Of a stretch of DNA of 64,000 nucleotides, positions 50,603-62,894 are shown piece after piece. Positions within the stretch are counted from its first letter, which is position 1. Each line of letters starts with the position of its first letter. Below the pieces are notes generated by a model. That model made no database searches, was not told where the DNA came from, and was given only the letters and a program-made list of their open reading frames with translations. The stretch spans positions 230,466 to 294,465 of the forward strand of contig BFEA01000038.1 in the NCBI GenBank assembly GCA_003427395.1, written 5' to 3'. Origin of the DNA: Chara braunii (lineage: Eukaryota > Plantae > Charophyceae). The translations under genes were made by a program, and so were the position numbers.

Positions 50603-51012
50603 CGCAACCCGGTGAGTGCAGGTTCTGGGTGGAGGTGGGGGCAGCAAATGGATAGATAGCAGCAGTACCTCTCAACAGGGAAAACACAAGGACAAGAGGC
50701 ACAAAAATGCACTTCAGCACTACCCCCTCTTTATATCTACCACTATCAACCTGCCACTCAGAAGCGCGCACACTAAACCCACTGCCACCACCCGACGCCT
50801 TCCCCACAACCTGGTGAGTGCAGGATTGGGGTGGAGGTGGGAGCAGCAAATGGATAGATAGCAGCAGTACCTCTCAACAGGGAAAAAACACAAAGACAAA
50901 AGGCACAAAAATGCCCGTCTGCACTACCCCCTCTTTACATCTACCACTATCAACCTGCCACTCAGAAACGCGCACACTAAACCAACTGCCACCACCCTGA
51001 CGCCTTCCCCAC
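50603..51012 (+). repeat. ~203-bp tandem duplication
   Basis: ggtgagtgcagg..gcagcaaatggatagatagcagcagtacctctcaacaggg twice. Confidence 0.9.
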
Positions 51013-51422
51013 ATTGGGCCAGTATACAGCGGGTCCAGAATTGATTCTGGTACCAACTCAGCCCGGTACGACAGACAAAGTCACAAAAAGAAACTGCAGC
51101 CACGTACAACGACCATCAGATTCTGGATCATGACAATAAGAGTCCATTGCCAAACAAAAAGCCCAGCTCTTGCCATCGAGGCCTAAGGCTCACCAAGTCA
51201 GGGATGCGCAAAACAAAAATTTAAAGAGAGAGGTTTGGAGCCTGTTGCATCTCCCGAGCGGTCTGCAGAACGCAGAAAGGAGCCCTTTGAAGTCTCAACT
51301 CCTTTCCTTCCCCCCCTTTCAAAAGTCCAGGCTGTTGTATAGAGGTTGGAAGCTAGACATCTGACAGTTACCCTCAGTACTCGACCATTTGGTTAACCGG
51401 ATGGTCTTAGAGACCTAATCCA

Positions 51423-51860
51423 TAGCTCTCACAAGTCCCTCCCTACCACCTCTCAATATTTCCTGGTGCAACAAGCCTCAACTACTTTTGTCCTACAGAG
51501 GAAGGCAAGTTTGCGAACCAATGATAAGGGTCAGAGATCTCAGTGCATATATACAGATACTAAGGGCTGAATCCCACGGTCGGGCAGGGCGCTTTCGAAA
51601 CCTCCTTGGCCAAGTGTCTTTCGCCCCCCCCGCCCCCCCCCTAGCTCTGACAAGTCCCTCCCTGCCACCTCTCAATATTTCCTGGTGCAACAAGCCTCAA
51701 CTCCTTTTGTCCTACAGAGGAAGGCAAGTTTGCGAATCAATGACAAGGGTCAGAGATCTCGGTGCATATATACTGATACTAAGGGCTGGATCCCACGGCC
51801 GGGCCGGGCGCCTTCAAAACCTCCTTGGCCAAGTGTCCTCCACACCCCCCACACCCCCCC
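51423..51860 (+). repeat. ~220-bp tandem duplication just downstream of the ENF2-like stop codon
   Basis: acaagtccctccct.ccacctctcaatatttcctggtgcaacaagcctcaact twice. Confidence 0.9.
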
Positions 51861-51983
51861 CATGCAGTTTGCTTTCTTTCTTGATGCCATCAATGCCATG
51901 ATTATGATCTGAGAACGGTGAAAACACCGGGCAGGGTATGGCACAGACTCTATGGGTCACAGAGCAGTGCTTCGTCACAAGAA

Positions 51984-53795
51984 TCATCCAGACGAATTCT
52001 TCATGAATGGCATCTGCCTTGACATCCACTGTCCAAGGTGTTGTAGACTGTCCCTTGCCCAGCGAGCAATGTTCTTCTTCTCGTCGGTGGATGTCTGTTC
52101 AAGAAGCCATCTGAAGTCTTCTACTTGCTGTTCAGACAGTGGTCGCAGAAACTCGCTACTCAACGCAATATCCGTGGGAACCATGCCATCCACCAGATTC
52201 GTAGGAAAACGGACGGCTGAACTGCGGCCCAGCAGTGTTCCTGTCATAGGTTGCTTTGCTTGCTTGCCTTTCAGACACTTCTGTTCTTCAAAGACCACTG
52301 GCTGTTCTGCATCGCCATTCCCACTGGCGGTTTGAACATAACCTTCTTCGGCTGCAAATCGTTGCTCTTCGACTTCGTAAATACCACCCTCCGGCGCGTC
52401 AGCAAACCCACGATCAGCGCTGTTGCCACCATAGCCATTGCTTGAAGACCGCACAAGGTCCTTCTGGTTTTCCAACTTAGCCTGCCTTCTGACAGTGCTT
52501 GCCAAAGAATTAGCAGTGGAATCTTTTTCTTCGTGCCGCAACGGATATTCTGCATCATAGTTGGTGATCTGTACCACTTCCCCCCCGATGACAGGCTCTG
52601 AAATTATGGGAACCTTCTCGTCGATTGGAGAGGGAGAGGGAGCGTCACTGTTGTCTGGAGCAGTGGGCACTCTATCTGGTGCCTGGGGCAAGAGAAGAGG
52701 GGAAGCGGACGCAAGTTCCAGTTTCAATGCAAGAGCGCGCTGAGGCTGCAGGCAGAAGTCCAACCACTCACCTACCAGAGGTGATGGCCCACGGGTCCGA
52801 CCGCCCACTTTATCGCTTTTTATCTTCGTTGCAGATGGGACAGCCCAAAGATCAGCCCACAACGACGTTCCCGACAAAGGGACGACCACACCCCAATCTG
52901 ATGAGCGCTGAGCCAGAGGGATGAGGTCGCTCGACCATCCAACAGCTACCCAAACATCTCCAGCTGCAAGAGCCTTCAAGTAGTACTGGTTGTCAAACAA
53001 CCGGACCTGCTCCCGCAACAGCGCATACCTTTTCGCCACGGCAGACCTTCCGCCTTCCACATTCCTCTGAAAGTCAACAGTATTGAATGAAGCCCCAAGG
53101 CTCTTTAGCACAGTTCCAATCACTTCACGAGGAGAATTCACCATCGCGACTCTTCCCTTCAGCTCAGGGCGCCACAGGTCTGACCAGTCCAAAGGAACAT
53201 GGCCCCCCGGGCGAGAGGGCCTTTTCCTGCCCAACAACCCTAGGAACCCCTTCCCCTCTTTGGACTCCATGTTCGGTGGATCAAACTTGTCAATACGGTA
53301 GGCGATCGCTGTGTACCCCCAGCGATAAGGCGCTGCCCAAACATGTCCTGAACCATCGTGCTGCTGCTTATTGGGGCCATCTTGCCCAGCAGTGCTGAGT
53401 GAGCAGCGACATATGTCTTGCCATGTGGAACCAAGCCTTTGAAACCATTGTGATTGTTCCGCAGAAGGAATGGGGTCGATAAGGCCTTCCTGGATAGCCA
53501 TCGGAAGAAAGGAATCCCCGATTGTGACAAGATCGGCAGCCATCACTGACTTGGGACCGATTTTTTTCTCCTTCATGGCACTTTGGAGCTCTTTCATGAT
53601 GCCATGGAGATCAGTTCTAGACTCCAACGAGTATCTAGCCCTTTTAGACTGGCACTGACCAAATTCCTGCAGCCAGACGAGAGGGACGGAGTCTCTCAGG
53701 CCAACGATGCGGAGAGGGACCGTCAATGGGATCGGCTTCGACTGCCACTCACGAAGCATCCGCTCCTCCTCTTCATCCACTTGGTCCACCTCCTC

Positions 53796-53832
<37 letters not shown>

Positions 53833-54695
53833 TGCTGTTGACCAGATGTCACATGTGTCATCACCTCCATGTCAGCAACAACTGCAGTCTCCTCTCTGGA
53901 ATCTGATGCAGCAACAGCCACTTCACCTCCATCTCTCTGATCTATTGCCTCTCCCGTGTTGGCCGTATCATCAGCGAATCCACCCATAATACTGTTGGCT
54001 GCGAGTTCTGAGCCTTCTATGCTGTCCTCATTTGCACCAAACACCTCTGCAGAGTTTGCCATACCCCCATCTTCCCTATTCAAAGTCGTATCAGAATGGG
54101 GTGAACTCTGGATTGCACACGGCGCAGCCCCCAAGGCATCCTCTGCATTTCCAGGCATCTGCCTGCTAGAGTTTCCCCTACCTTGGCAGGCTGCTTTCCT
54201 ATTTACAATGGTACCTGCGCCAGACAAGCTGATGCTTGCAAACGGGGCAGTTACAGCGGCCTGTCGAGTCCAGGCCTCCTTCTGTCTGTGTGTCCCAGCT
54301 GTTTGAGGCACCAGGAGGGACCCTGATGCAGCTGCAATGAGGGTGATTGCCCCAACACATGCGGCCAATAAGTGGCTCTGCCCATCATCTTCCTCATCTT
54401 TCCTCCATCTACCATCAGCGACACCACTGATAGAAGTGCTTAGCGGAGGGGTGTGCAAGCGAGGGAGATCACCCCTTGCACCATCTCCTTGTCCTGCGCT
54501 GCTGCTGCTGCTGCAGCAGCAGCAGATTCCGCGAACTTGCCTCAACTGCTTGCTATGGCTGGGCCAAGCTGCAGGTCTCGACCACACAGCTTTTGTCCCG
54601 TAGACGATATCTTCACGGTGCACATTTATTGCCGGTGCAGCAGCCAAGGAAGTGCCAATCACTTCAGCAAGCACAGCTCTATGTGCACTCGCCAT
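51984..54695 (-). CDS. ENF2: Plastid PotD/PotF-like spermidine/putrescine-binding protein, ENF2 (At1g31410) homolog
   Basis: 903-aa ORF from the first ATG (the track start at 54707 is GTG). Transit-peptide-like N-terminus, hydrophobic segment, then LTVPLRIVGLRDSVP, ADLVTIGDS, WAAPYRWG, DWSDLWRPELKGRVAMVNSPREV, GDVWVAVGWSSD, SGTSLWADLWAVP, GGRTRGPSPLV..W..FCLQP, EFLRPL, typical of the plant ENF2 family. Confidence 0.88.
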
Positions 54696-57550
54696 AGCCA
54701 GATTCACAACAAAGGTTCCGACTCCTCAAACAAGTCAGGCTGCAAACTGAACGAGTGAGGAAGAGTCTGCTGTCCACATCTTCCCAGAGGTGACAGGGAG
54801 GCGTGAACCTCTTTCTCTCCTCTTTTGCAGGCTGTTTCACATCAGGCCGAGTAAACCTCCTCCTCACTCACCATAGCTGGATCCACAGCAAAGGTCCAGG
54901 ATTGCTTGCTAGAAGAAGAAAGAGTTTGGCAAGACAGCAAACATGAGAAGAAGCTGGAGTTCTCATTGAAGCTTTCTGGCAATGATGGTCAGGGTCAACC
55001 CTTTCCTCTCCTCCGCTACTTAGAATACACGCGGCGATTGATCAACCAGAGACCAAGCCAGATCCTAATGGCTGGATTGCAAAGGGTATTTCCAGGGCTG
55101 GAAAAGTACCTCGATTCTCTTCCCCCTCCTCGTGCTCCAAGAGCTGCTTCATGCCACGCCAAAGATTCAGCATCCACCAGAGAGATTGATGAGTCCCCTG
55201 ACCACCTCCACTTGGCAAGAAGCCCTAGCTGCCTGGTGAGATTTTACAGAAGGGAAGAGAAGATGCCAAGCCAAGCAACTGCTTTACTATTGTTTGCACC
55301 TGGTCCTGTGCGATAATCCTTTCTGAAATATTGCAGACATATTGGACAGCACGGGAGGGGCAGAGCAGGCTGGGGGAATGAGGAGGAGGAAATCTGAGGA
55401 AGGCCAGACAGACAGAGACAGGAAACGTAGCATTCGTTCAATTTCTCATTTGCAGGCTACTACTACATCAATTGCTTGGATGACGAAAAAGAGGATGACG
55501 ATGTCTGAAACGAAAGAGAACAGGGAGCGGAAAGACGGAGAAGGGTAACATCAGCATGGACGGAAGCTTCTGCATCCCTTAAAATGAAATAGCTCAAAAC
55601 TATGTTTACTTGTCACCACTACTCCATGATGATGTGGTGGGGAAAAAAACAGAACTCTTGAAGAGAGAGCCTACTTCCTCCCTCTCCCAAACAGACAAAA
55701 ACCAAATTCTCAAAGAGCCTAGAAGGAAGATTACGGATGGCAAGCCTAGAAGAGAGAGGAGAGTCTTATTTGTTGCCGTCACCAACAATGACAGATCTTG
55801 GCTATGCAGGAGAGAGAACCCCTTGATGTGCAACTGATCTGTTTCCAACTCCCCACACATTCCCGATGCACATTTGCTGTCGTCACCAACAATACCAGAT
55901 CTGGGCTAATAGTGGAGGGAGAGGAGGCCATTTATGCGCAGCTCGTTCATTTCCACACGTTCCCCATGTAAACGAATCAGCGGCTGAGCTGACCACTTCG
56001 CCGCAGCAATTGTCAGTAAACGCCATGCGGCAGAGTTGCTTTCAATAGCAAAAGGTGCAGGCAAGGACGCGCATTTGCAACACTCCCATCCTATCTTGCT
56101 GTCCACTGATACTTCCATCTATCAGTCCCTCCTCTCCAGCAAGGCTCTGTTCTCAATTCCGATTTTTCCAGTCTGCAGACCATGTCGTATCTTCTGCACC
56201 CCTTCCACTGCACCCTCGATCTGGAAGACGACAAAAGTGGGCACAGTAACGGTGGGGATTCCAAAGGTTTCACATCAAGCTCTGCGCACAGGCAGACCAC
56301 ATAACCCATTCCCAGCCACAAGTAGCATGCCACGACAAAGGTGGTGAGCTGCGAGTTCAATCTCCGCCAGAGCCACTGCCGATGCGCCATGCGTCACTCC
56401 AAGAATGCTGCCACGTCACACTTCCTCTCCTCCCTACAAGAGCTGTGAAGAGCATCATCCAGCCTCACTGCATCCACAGCCACACTGCTCCTTCCCAGCT
56501 CCAGAAATGGAGCACACGTGTTGTCATCGTGACACGGATCTTCATGCTCTGATGCATGTCGACATAGCCATTGCAGCCTCCACACCCTGGCATAAACTCG
56601 GTTCAGCAATCGACAACCCTTCCCCTCCTCGTCTTTTCCTCCTCACCAGGACACACGACCGTCTTGCTCTGATGCATGGCAACATAGCCATTCCAGTCTC
56701 CACACCCTGGAATAAACTCGGTTAAGCAATCAACAACTCTTCCCCTCCTCCTCCTTCTCCCCCTCCTCCTCCTCTTGTATGTCTTCTTCCTTCCCCACCA
56801 TTTGCTCCTGTGCAGGTGAGTTGGTGCTTGCCTCTGTTTTCTGAATCAGTATCCCATTTGGTCTGGACCCGCTCCAGCAGGCCACGACAGGGGCAACGGA
56901 TAATTATTGGCATCCAACAAGTCCCAAAATCAGGTCATGACTTTGCAGATTGACGGCAAGCAAGCCTCAATGACGAAGGCCAATAACTGTTGACAGCTAC
57001 AAGTCCCAATATCGTTCAAGGAAGGCAATACAGCACATACCAGCAATTTCCATCTCGAACTGGATTGCAGCAAACTCTGCAGATGCTGCATGCTTCTTCC
57101 CTCTCCTCTACTCGGCTGCGAAGCATCAAGTTTTCCAAAAACATCCACCTACTCCTCCCTCCGCCTCCCATTGACAATGAGCTCAGCTGCAGCCATCGTG
57201 GCCCTGGTCTCCTGCAAGACTACAAACTTGAGAGGGTTCACGTCACCAACTACTGCACCCATATGTGGCCAGGAGAGGGTTCCAACGACTTTGCCCTCGA
57301 CAGACTAATCACCATACCTAGTCAACAGACCGTAATCACTATACCTAATGGACAAACACTAATCGCCATATCTCCTTGTAATCACCAGCTCTCCTACTTT
57401 TCGCAAAGAGCACACTAGCAAAGAACATGTCACATTTATCCCCATGCTCTGCCATGCCATCAGCAGCAACTGGTGGCGAAGAAAGGACAGCATCGAGAGC
57501 CTTTCTCCACCCTGCTGCACACCCTCTAAAAGCACACACATGCGCACACG

Positions 57551-57627
<77 letters not shown>

Positions 57628-57945
57628 CCTCTGCACCTCTCATTGCCTTAGCACCACCTTCTTCCCTTCTTCTTCATCAGTCTCCATCCGCTTTCTTGCC
57701 CTTTGCTATCTCGCTATCGGCAACATTGTGTTTCTTCTTCCATCATCAAGACTGGATTTCATAAAGTCCATGAATGCCTCAATTACGTCTATCACTTTTT
57801 TATATATGAATTGACATTAAGGCCTCCATGTGCATGGTCAAGTAACTACCTCTTTTTTTAATCTCCCTTCTCTGTTGTTCTCCCTCTCTCTCACCCTCAC
57901 CCTCTCTCCCTCCAGGTGACTACCTTTCCCCGTCACTCCAGGCAA

Positions 57946-58030
<85 letters not shown>

Positions 58031-58118
58031 GGGAGGTTTGAGGACCACATTTCTGAGAATGCACCACCAGACTCAGGCCTCCCTTTACCCCTCCTTGACC
58101 TTCCAAAATCACACCCCA

Positions 58119-58286
58119 ACCAACGGGCCTAGCTCAGTTGTTACACCCATGAACTGTTGAAATACAGGCCTGAGTTCGAATCCAGATTGAAGTTCATTGA
58201 ACTAAATGAATGAAATTCGAACTTACTTAGGGCCGGTCAGATCGACAATAATATCTCGAGGCCGTCGCCCATAAAAAATAAATAAC
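58119..58286 (+). mobile_element. tRNA-derived SINE-like element with A-rich tail
   Basis: cctagctcagttg (A box), gagttcgaatcc (B box), body ending ggccgtcgccc then ataaaaaataaataa. Confidence 0.75.
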
Positions 58287-59529
58287 AATGAAGTAATTGA
58301 AAAAAAGAGCAGCCAATCGCCCATTTTTCTGCCAAAATGGGCATGGCAATGACTGTGATACGGCCTGAAAGAAAGGCATCCAAATAGTGCACCCTAAAAG
58401 ACCTACTTAGAGACTCCCTTAACTTTTTGGAGAGCACGTGGACGTACACTTGATATGGATGTGGACGTACCCGTGATGGATGTATACATGGATGTACATA
58501 GACATATACGTGGTGAATGTACAAGTCGGTATACTCTTTTACGCACATGTATGTACTCGGGAATGTACATGGATGTACAGAAGGGTGTACTTGGCTATAC
58601 ACGTGGATGTATGCATGGACGTATAGATGTCCAGTTCTTCTTTCCTCGTACCCGTTGCTTCAGGGAATACTTACACCAGGGCCATTTCAACTTATCTGGA
58701 CATACTTGCAGCCAGATGCATACAGCATGAGTTGTAAATGCAGTCAGATACATACAGGAAAGTCCTTTTGTGACAATGGCCTCAACGAGGTTCATCTTCT
58801 GCATATAATACTCTTAATTAATCGATTTCGACATCTCCAACCTTCACTTTCTCTCCCGAGACTCCTCTCCCTCCTCCCTTGAATGTATGTGGCCGCAAAA
58901 GTGGTCATATTGTGTTGAAAAAAAGACTTTCTTTCTGCTGATAAACCCTCTCTTCCGTTCTTACCTAAGGGCACACTCACACTCGGGCCTTTTTCTTCGA
59001 CTGAATATGACCGGTTTTGCGACCACCTACATTCAAGGACGCCTCTTTGCTGCTCTCCAGTGAGTACGCAATCAACCTCTTCTGCCCACTATGTCAAGAC
59101 GCCTTGCCTGCCCGACGGATGGTCCTCCTTTCCCATACTCTCTCCTTTCTTCTCCTCTCCTCTCCTCTCCACTCCACTCCCCCCCCTTTCTCCTCTCACT
59201 CCCTCCCTTTCTCATCCTCTCCAATATCATCCATACTGCTTTTACTCTCCGCTTCATCACGAGTGCCTATCGGTCACCACCTGTATTATATATAATAATT
59301 CACTATTCTATACATCATTGTTGTAGATATATTGTGCATAATCCCGACCATGTAGTCCACGGTATGCCCTCTCTTTTTTTCCAGCTTTCTACTTTTACCA
59401 CTGCTTTGATCACTATAACTCAACCTTTTCCTTCTAGCCCCCCTCCCATCCTTTCCCCCAAACCAACCTGAACGGGACTGCACAAGCCTGTTGGAGCGCT
59501 CAGCGTTTGCAGTTGCAAGTTCTTTCTTC

Positions 59530-60392
59530 ACTGTTTTCCTTCCAACCTCCTCCGACCCCTAGTACTACATTCTTCGCTCTTTCCTTCTAACTTACGATTA
59601 CCCCTTTCCAGAGTTCTGGATAAGCAGTAAGTATTTTCTTCACCGGTTCCTTCCAACCTACGCTTACCCCTTTGCGCTTTCCAAAGTACCAAGTACTTTC
59701 AACGGCCGATAGCTGGCCAAGTACTGGTGGCTTAAGTTCTTCGCTCTTTCCTTCCGACCTACCCTTTCCAAAGTACTCGATTTTTCGCTTTTTCCTTCCA
59801 ACCTACCCTTTCCAAAGTACTACTGTAAGTTCTTCGCTTGCTTTTCCCTTCCAACCTACCTACCTTCAACAAAGTACTAAGTCCTAAGTGCTTCGCTTTT
59901 TCCTTCCAACCTACCCTTTACGAAGTACTAAGCACTAAGTACGAAGTTCTTTCGCTTTTTCCTTCCAACCTACATTCGTCCCCCGAATACAACGTACGAT
60001 CATTATAGCTGTATTTGGGGTACCTTTCAGTCTAAATACAACTATAATGACCGTAGATTGTATTCGGGGGAAGAAGGTAGCCTTTACGAACTCCAAAGGA
60101 CTAAGTACTTTAAGTTCTTCCATCCCTTTCCTACATACTAAGTGCCTCTCCTTTCTTTCCTCTCCCAAGTACTAAGTTCTTTCGCTTTTTCCTTCCACCC
60201 TACCTTCTTCGCCCGAATACAACGTACGATCATTATAGTTGTATTTGGGGTACCTTTCAGTCTAAATACAGCTATAATGACCGTACATTCGGGAGAAGAA
60301 GGTAGCCTTTGCGAACTCCAAAGGACTAAGTACTTAAGTTCTTCCATCCCTTTCCTACGTACTAAGTGCCTCTCCTTTCTTTCCTCTCCTAC
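59530..60392 (+). repeat. Degenerate ~40-bp tandem array plus two ~230-bp units each carrying a long hairpin
   Basis: ttcttcgctttttccttccaacctaccc..agtacta repeated; units 59935-60165 and 60166-60392. Confidence 0.85.
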
Positions 60393-60772
60393 TATTCAGC
60401 GTATGTCTCGTTTTATCCTGAATGGAGGGGAAAACCTCCTCTCAACTCGATCCCCTTCACGATGAACGGACTAGTAGCAAAACTAATAAATTATTTAATT
60501 TAATTATTCAAATAGATTTGCAGTTCTTTTTTTTCAATTTTTTTAGGACCAAAAAAAAAAAGAGTGGCTTTCTCTTCTTTGTTCTCCTCCATCCTTTCAC
60601 CCTGCGATGCCCCCTCCGCCCCCCGCCCTTTCCCCTTGCAATTATGCCCCTTCCGCCCCTTTCCCCCTTTTTCTTCTTCTTTTCGTTCTCGCTTCATCTT
60701 CAGTTACTAGAATGAGAGCTTCATCTATCTATCCGGTTAATGGACTTCCATTTTTTACAAATTAGTCGATAA

Positions 60773-60880
60773 ATTGATCGAGGGTTGATTAGGGCTTGAT
60801 TGAGGGTTGATTGAGGGTTGATTGGGGCTTGAGTGAGGGTGGGTTGAAGGTTGATTGACGGCTTTGATTGAGGGTTGATC
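60773..60880 (+). repeat. 11-bp minisatellite (tgattgagggt)n
   Basis: Direct reading. Confidence 0.8.
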
Positions 60881-61738
60881 GATCGCCTGAATCAATAGAT
60901 AAACTAGTTGATTGGCATCCCGATTGATTGGTCGTTAGTTGATTAATTTATTGGACGAGCGCCGAATGCATTTTATAAATAGCAACTTATATGTAAAAAC
61001 CGTTGCAAAAAGAATTTCGAATTACAACCACAAAAAAAAGAGGAGATTGCAAAACAAAAACTACCAGGGACGCAAGGTGAGGTGATCTTGGGCCTCGCTC
61101 CACTACTCTCGAAATGTGCAAAACAAGAGTGAATCTTCCGCTAGATTTGTCTTTTGTGCATGTTGAGAGTAGTGGAGCAAGACCCCTTTTCCAACTATTT
61201 TCTAGTGCATTCACCAAGCAACGGCCTTAGGGCGTACTCACACTAGCACTTCCACAAATAGAAATGCATCTGACCGCAATTACGGTCGAACCTGGATGCA
61301 TCTTACCGCAATCACGTCCATGTCACAGTCGAAAAAAGTCCTATGCTAGCTGGTAGGTAAAATGAAGTGCGAGCTCACGTGCTTATCAGGCCGCCTTTTT
61401 TTTTCTCTTCCAAGAAGACTCTGCTCATTTGATTAATCCACACCAAATAGAGGCCGGGAATTCCTCCATAAAGCAACCCGAAAAAAAGTAAAAAACGTAC
61501 ATCTCGGCGAGAGAGAATTTATAATTAGCGGATGAAAGACTCCGAAAAAGAAAAAGAAAAAGAAAGGAGATTACTGGGACCATTACCGGTGCAGGTGTCG
61601 AGGTGACATCCAGAGACAAAATTGGCCTGAACCAGAGCGTTGTCCTGATAAACGCCCGACCCTGGGGAAAAAAGGGACACGCCACAGGCCAGAAAAGCCT
61701 CACAAACCAGGAAACTCGGGCCTTTTTTTTCCCGTCTG

Positions 61739-61857
61739 AATTCGGACCACTTCTCGATTTACGTGCGTCATCCTTTTTTTTTTTTTTTCCCACGCAGGAG
61801 CCATGCTAATCTTCTTTCTCTATATCGTTCCAAGTTTTAACGGATGTCCCAAAGGAC
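61739..61857 (-). pseudogene. U6: U6 snRNA pseudogene with GGG-A15 inserted in the internal stem-loop
   Basis: Minus strand gtcctttgggacatccgttaaaacttggaacgatatagag..aagattagcatggctcctgcgt[ggg A15]ggatgacgcacgtaaatcgagaagtggtcc. Confidence 0.9.
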
Positions 61858-61871
61858 AAATCAGGCCAATA

Positions 61872-62020
61872 ACCAATGAGCCTAGCTCAGTTGGTACAAC
61901 CATGAACTGTTGAAATGTAGACCCAGGCTCGAATCCAGATGCAATCAGAAGAACAGAACAAATTAATTATGAACTACTTGGGGCCGGTCAGTTCAATGAT
62001 GATAGCTCAAGGCCGTCGCC
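61872..62020 (+). mobile_element. tRNA-derived SINE-like element
   Basis: accaatgagcctagctcagttgg..ggctcgaatcc..ggccgtcgcc, homologous to the 58119 and 43077 copies. Confidence 0.75.
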
Positions 62021-62894
62021 TTTAAACCACCAGTACTTCCTCGACTCGTGCCTGTTAACGCGCCACAATTTTAGGAAACGTACGGACTAGTACAGGAGCG
62101 CCCAAATTCATCCGACTAGAAACGTTTCTACTCTATTTTGTTCCGCGGCCGATAGCTGGGTCATGTTCAAGAAAAAAAAAATACAGCCTAAAAAGGAAAA
62201 AGAAAACGGCAGCCGCCTTATATTTACACTTCCACGGGTCGACAGGCCTATTTCTCCCTCCCACACGCCCACCTGACGTTCATCCAGGCTTGAATGGGGG
62301 AAAACATAAGTACGAGTATGCCCACCATTTCCCCTACGCCACGACCCGTTTTCGCCTCCCCCGAACACAACACACCTTCATCATGACTGTATCAGAAAGA
62401 TAGCACGTATACATTCACAATGAGGGTGTGCAGAGTTTTTTCACGATCCATTTACACAGTCACTTTCTTTTTTTTTTCCTGTTTCTTTGCTGTCGCAGTC
62501 TTTTCCCTAATTTCAGAAACGCAAAAGTAGGTGCGAGTTATGTCGGCATGGGATGTCGTGTTAGACTGCATCTAAAGCCCTACGATAGCGTCAGTAAACC
62601 CTCAGCTTACCTTGTGCAGTTGCCAGTCTGAAAGGATCTTGATGCTTGTCTTCGCTGAAGCAAGCCGATTAGCGGTTCAACAGCTATTCAGCTTTCACTT
62701 TCCCCCCGACCACCTACTACTCCTTCCCAATGCCTTATTCTCCCCCTCTTCCTCCCCCTCTTCCTCTCCCTCCTCCTCCCTTCTTGTCAACGATTGGCAG
62801 CGGACATGAAGATGGGGAGAAATAGGCCTGTGTGGGAGGAAGACGCCAAATTCTCCCTCCCACACGTTCGGTTCGTCCGATTCCCCACTCCACA

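Noticed and set aside
54900-57500. Additional gene upstream of the ENF2-like gene
   Set aside because: Only short ORFs without motifs; may be UTR/intron or decayed TE sequence.
58119-58190. Functional tRNA-Asn gene (also 61872 and 43077)
   Set aside because: A/B boxes are present but the acceptor and anticodon stems do not close, and a shared downstream body indicates a SINE.
60773-60880. Interstitial telomere repeat
   Set aside because: The unit is 11 bp (tgattgagggt), not TTTAGGG.
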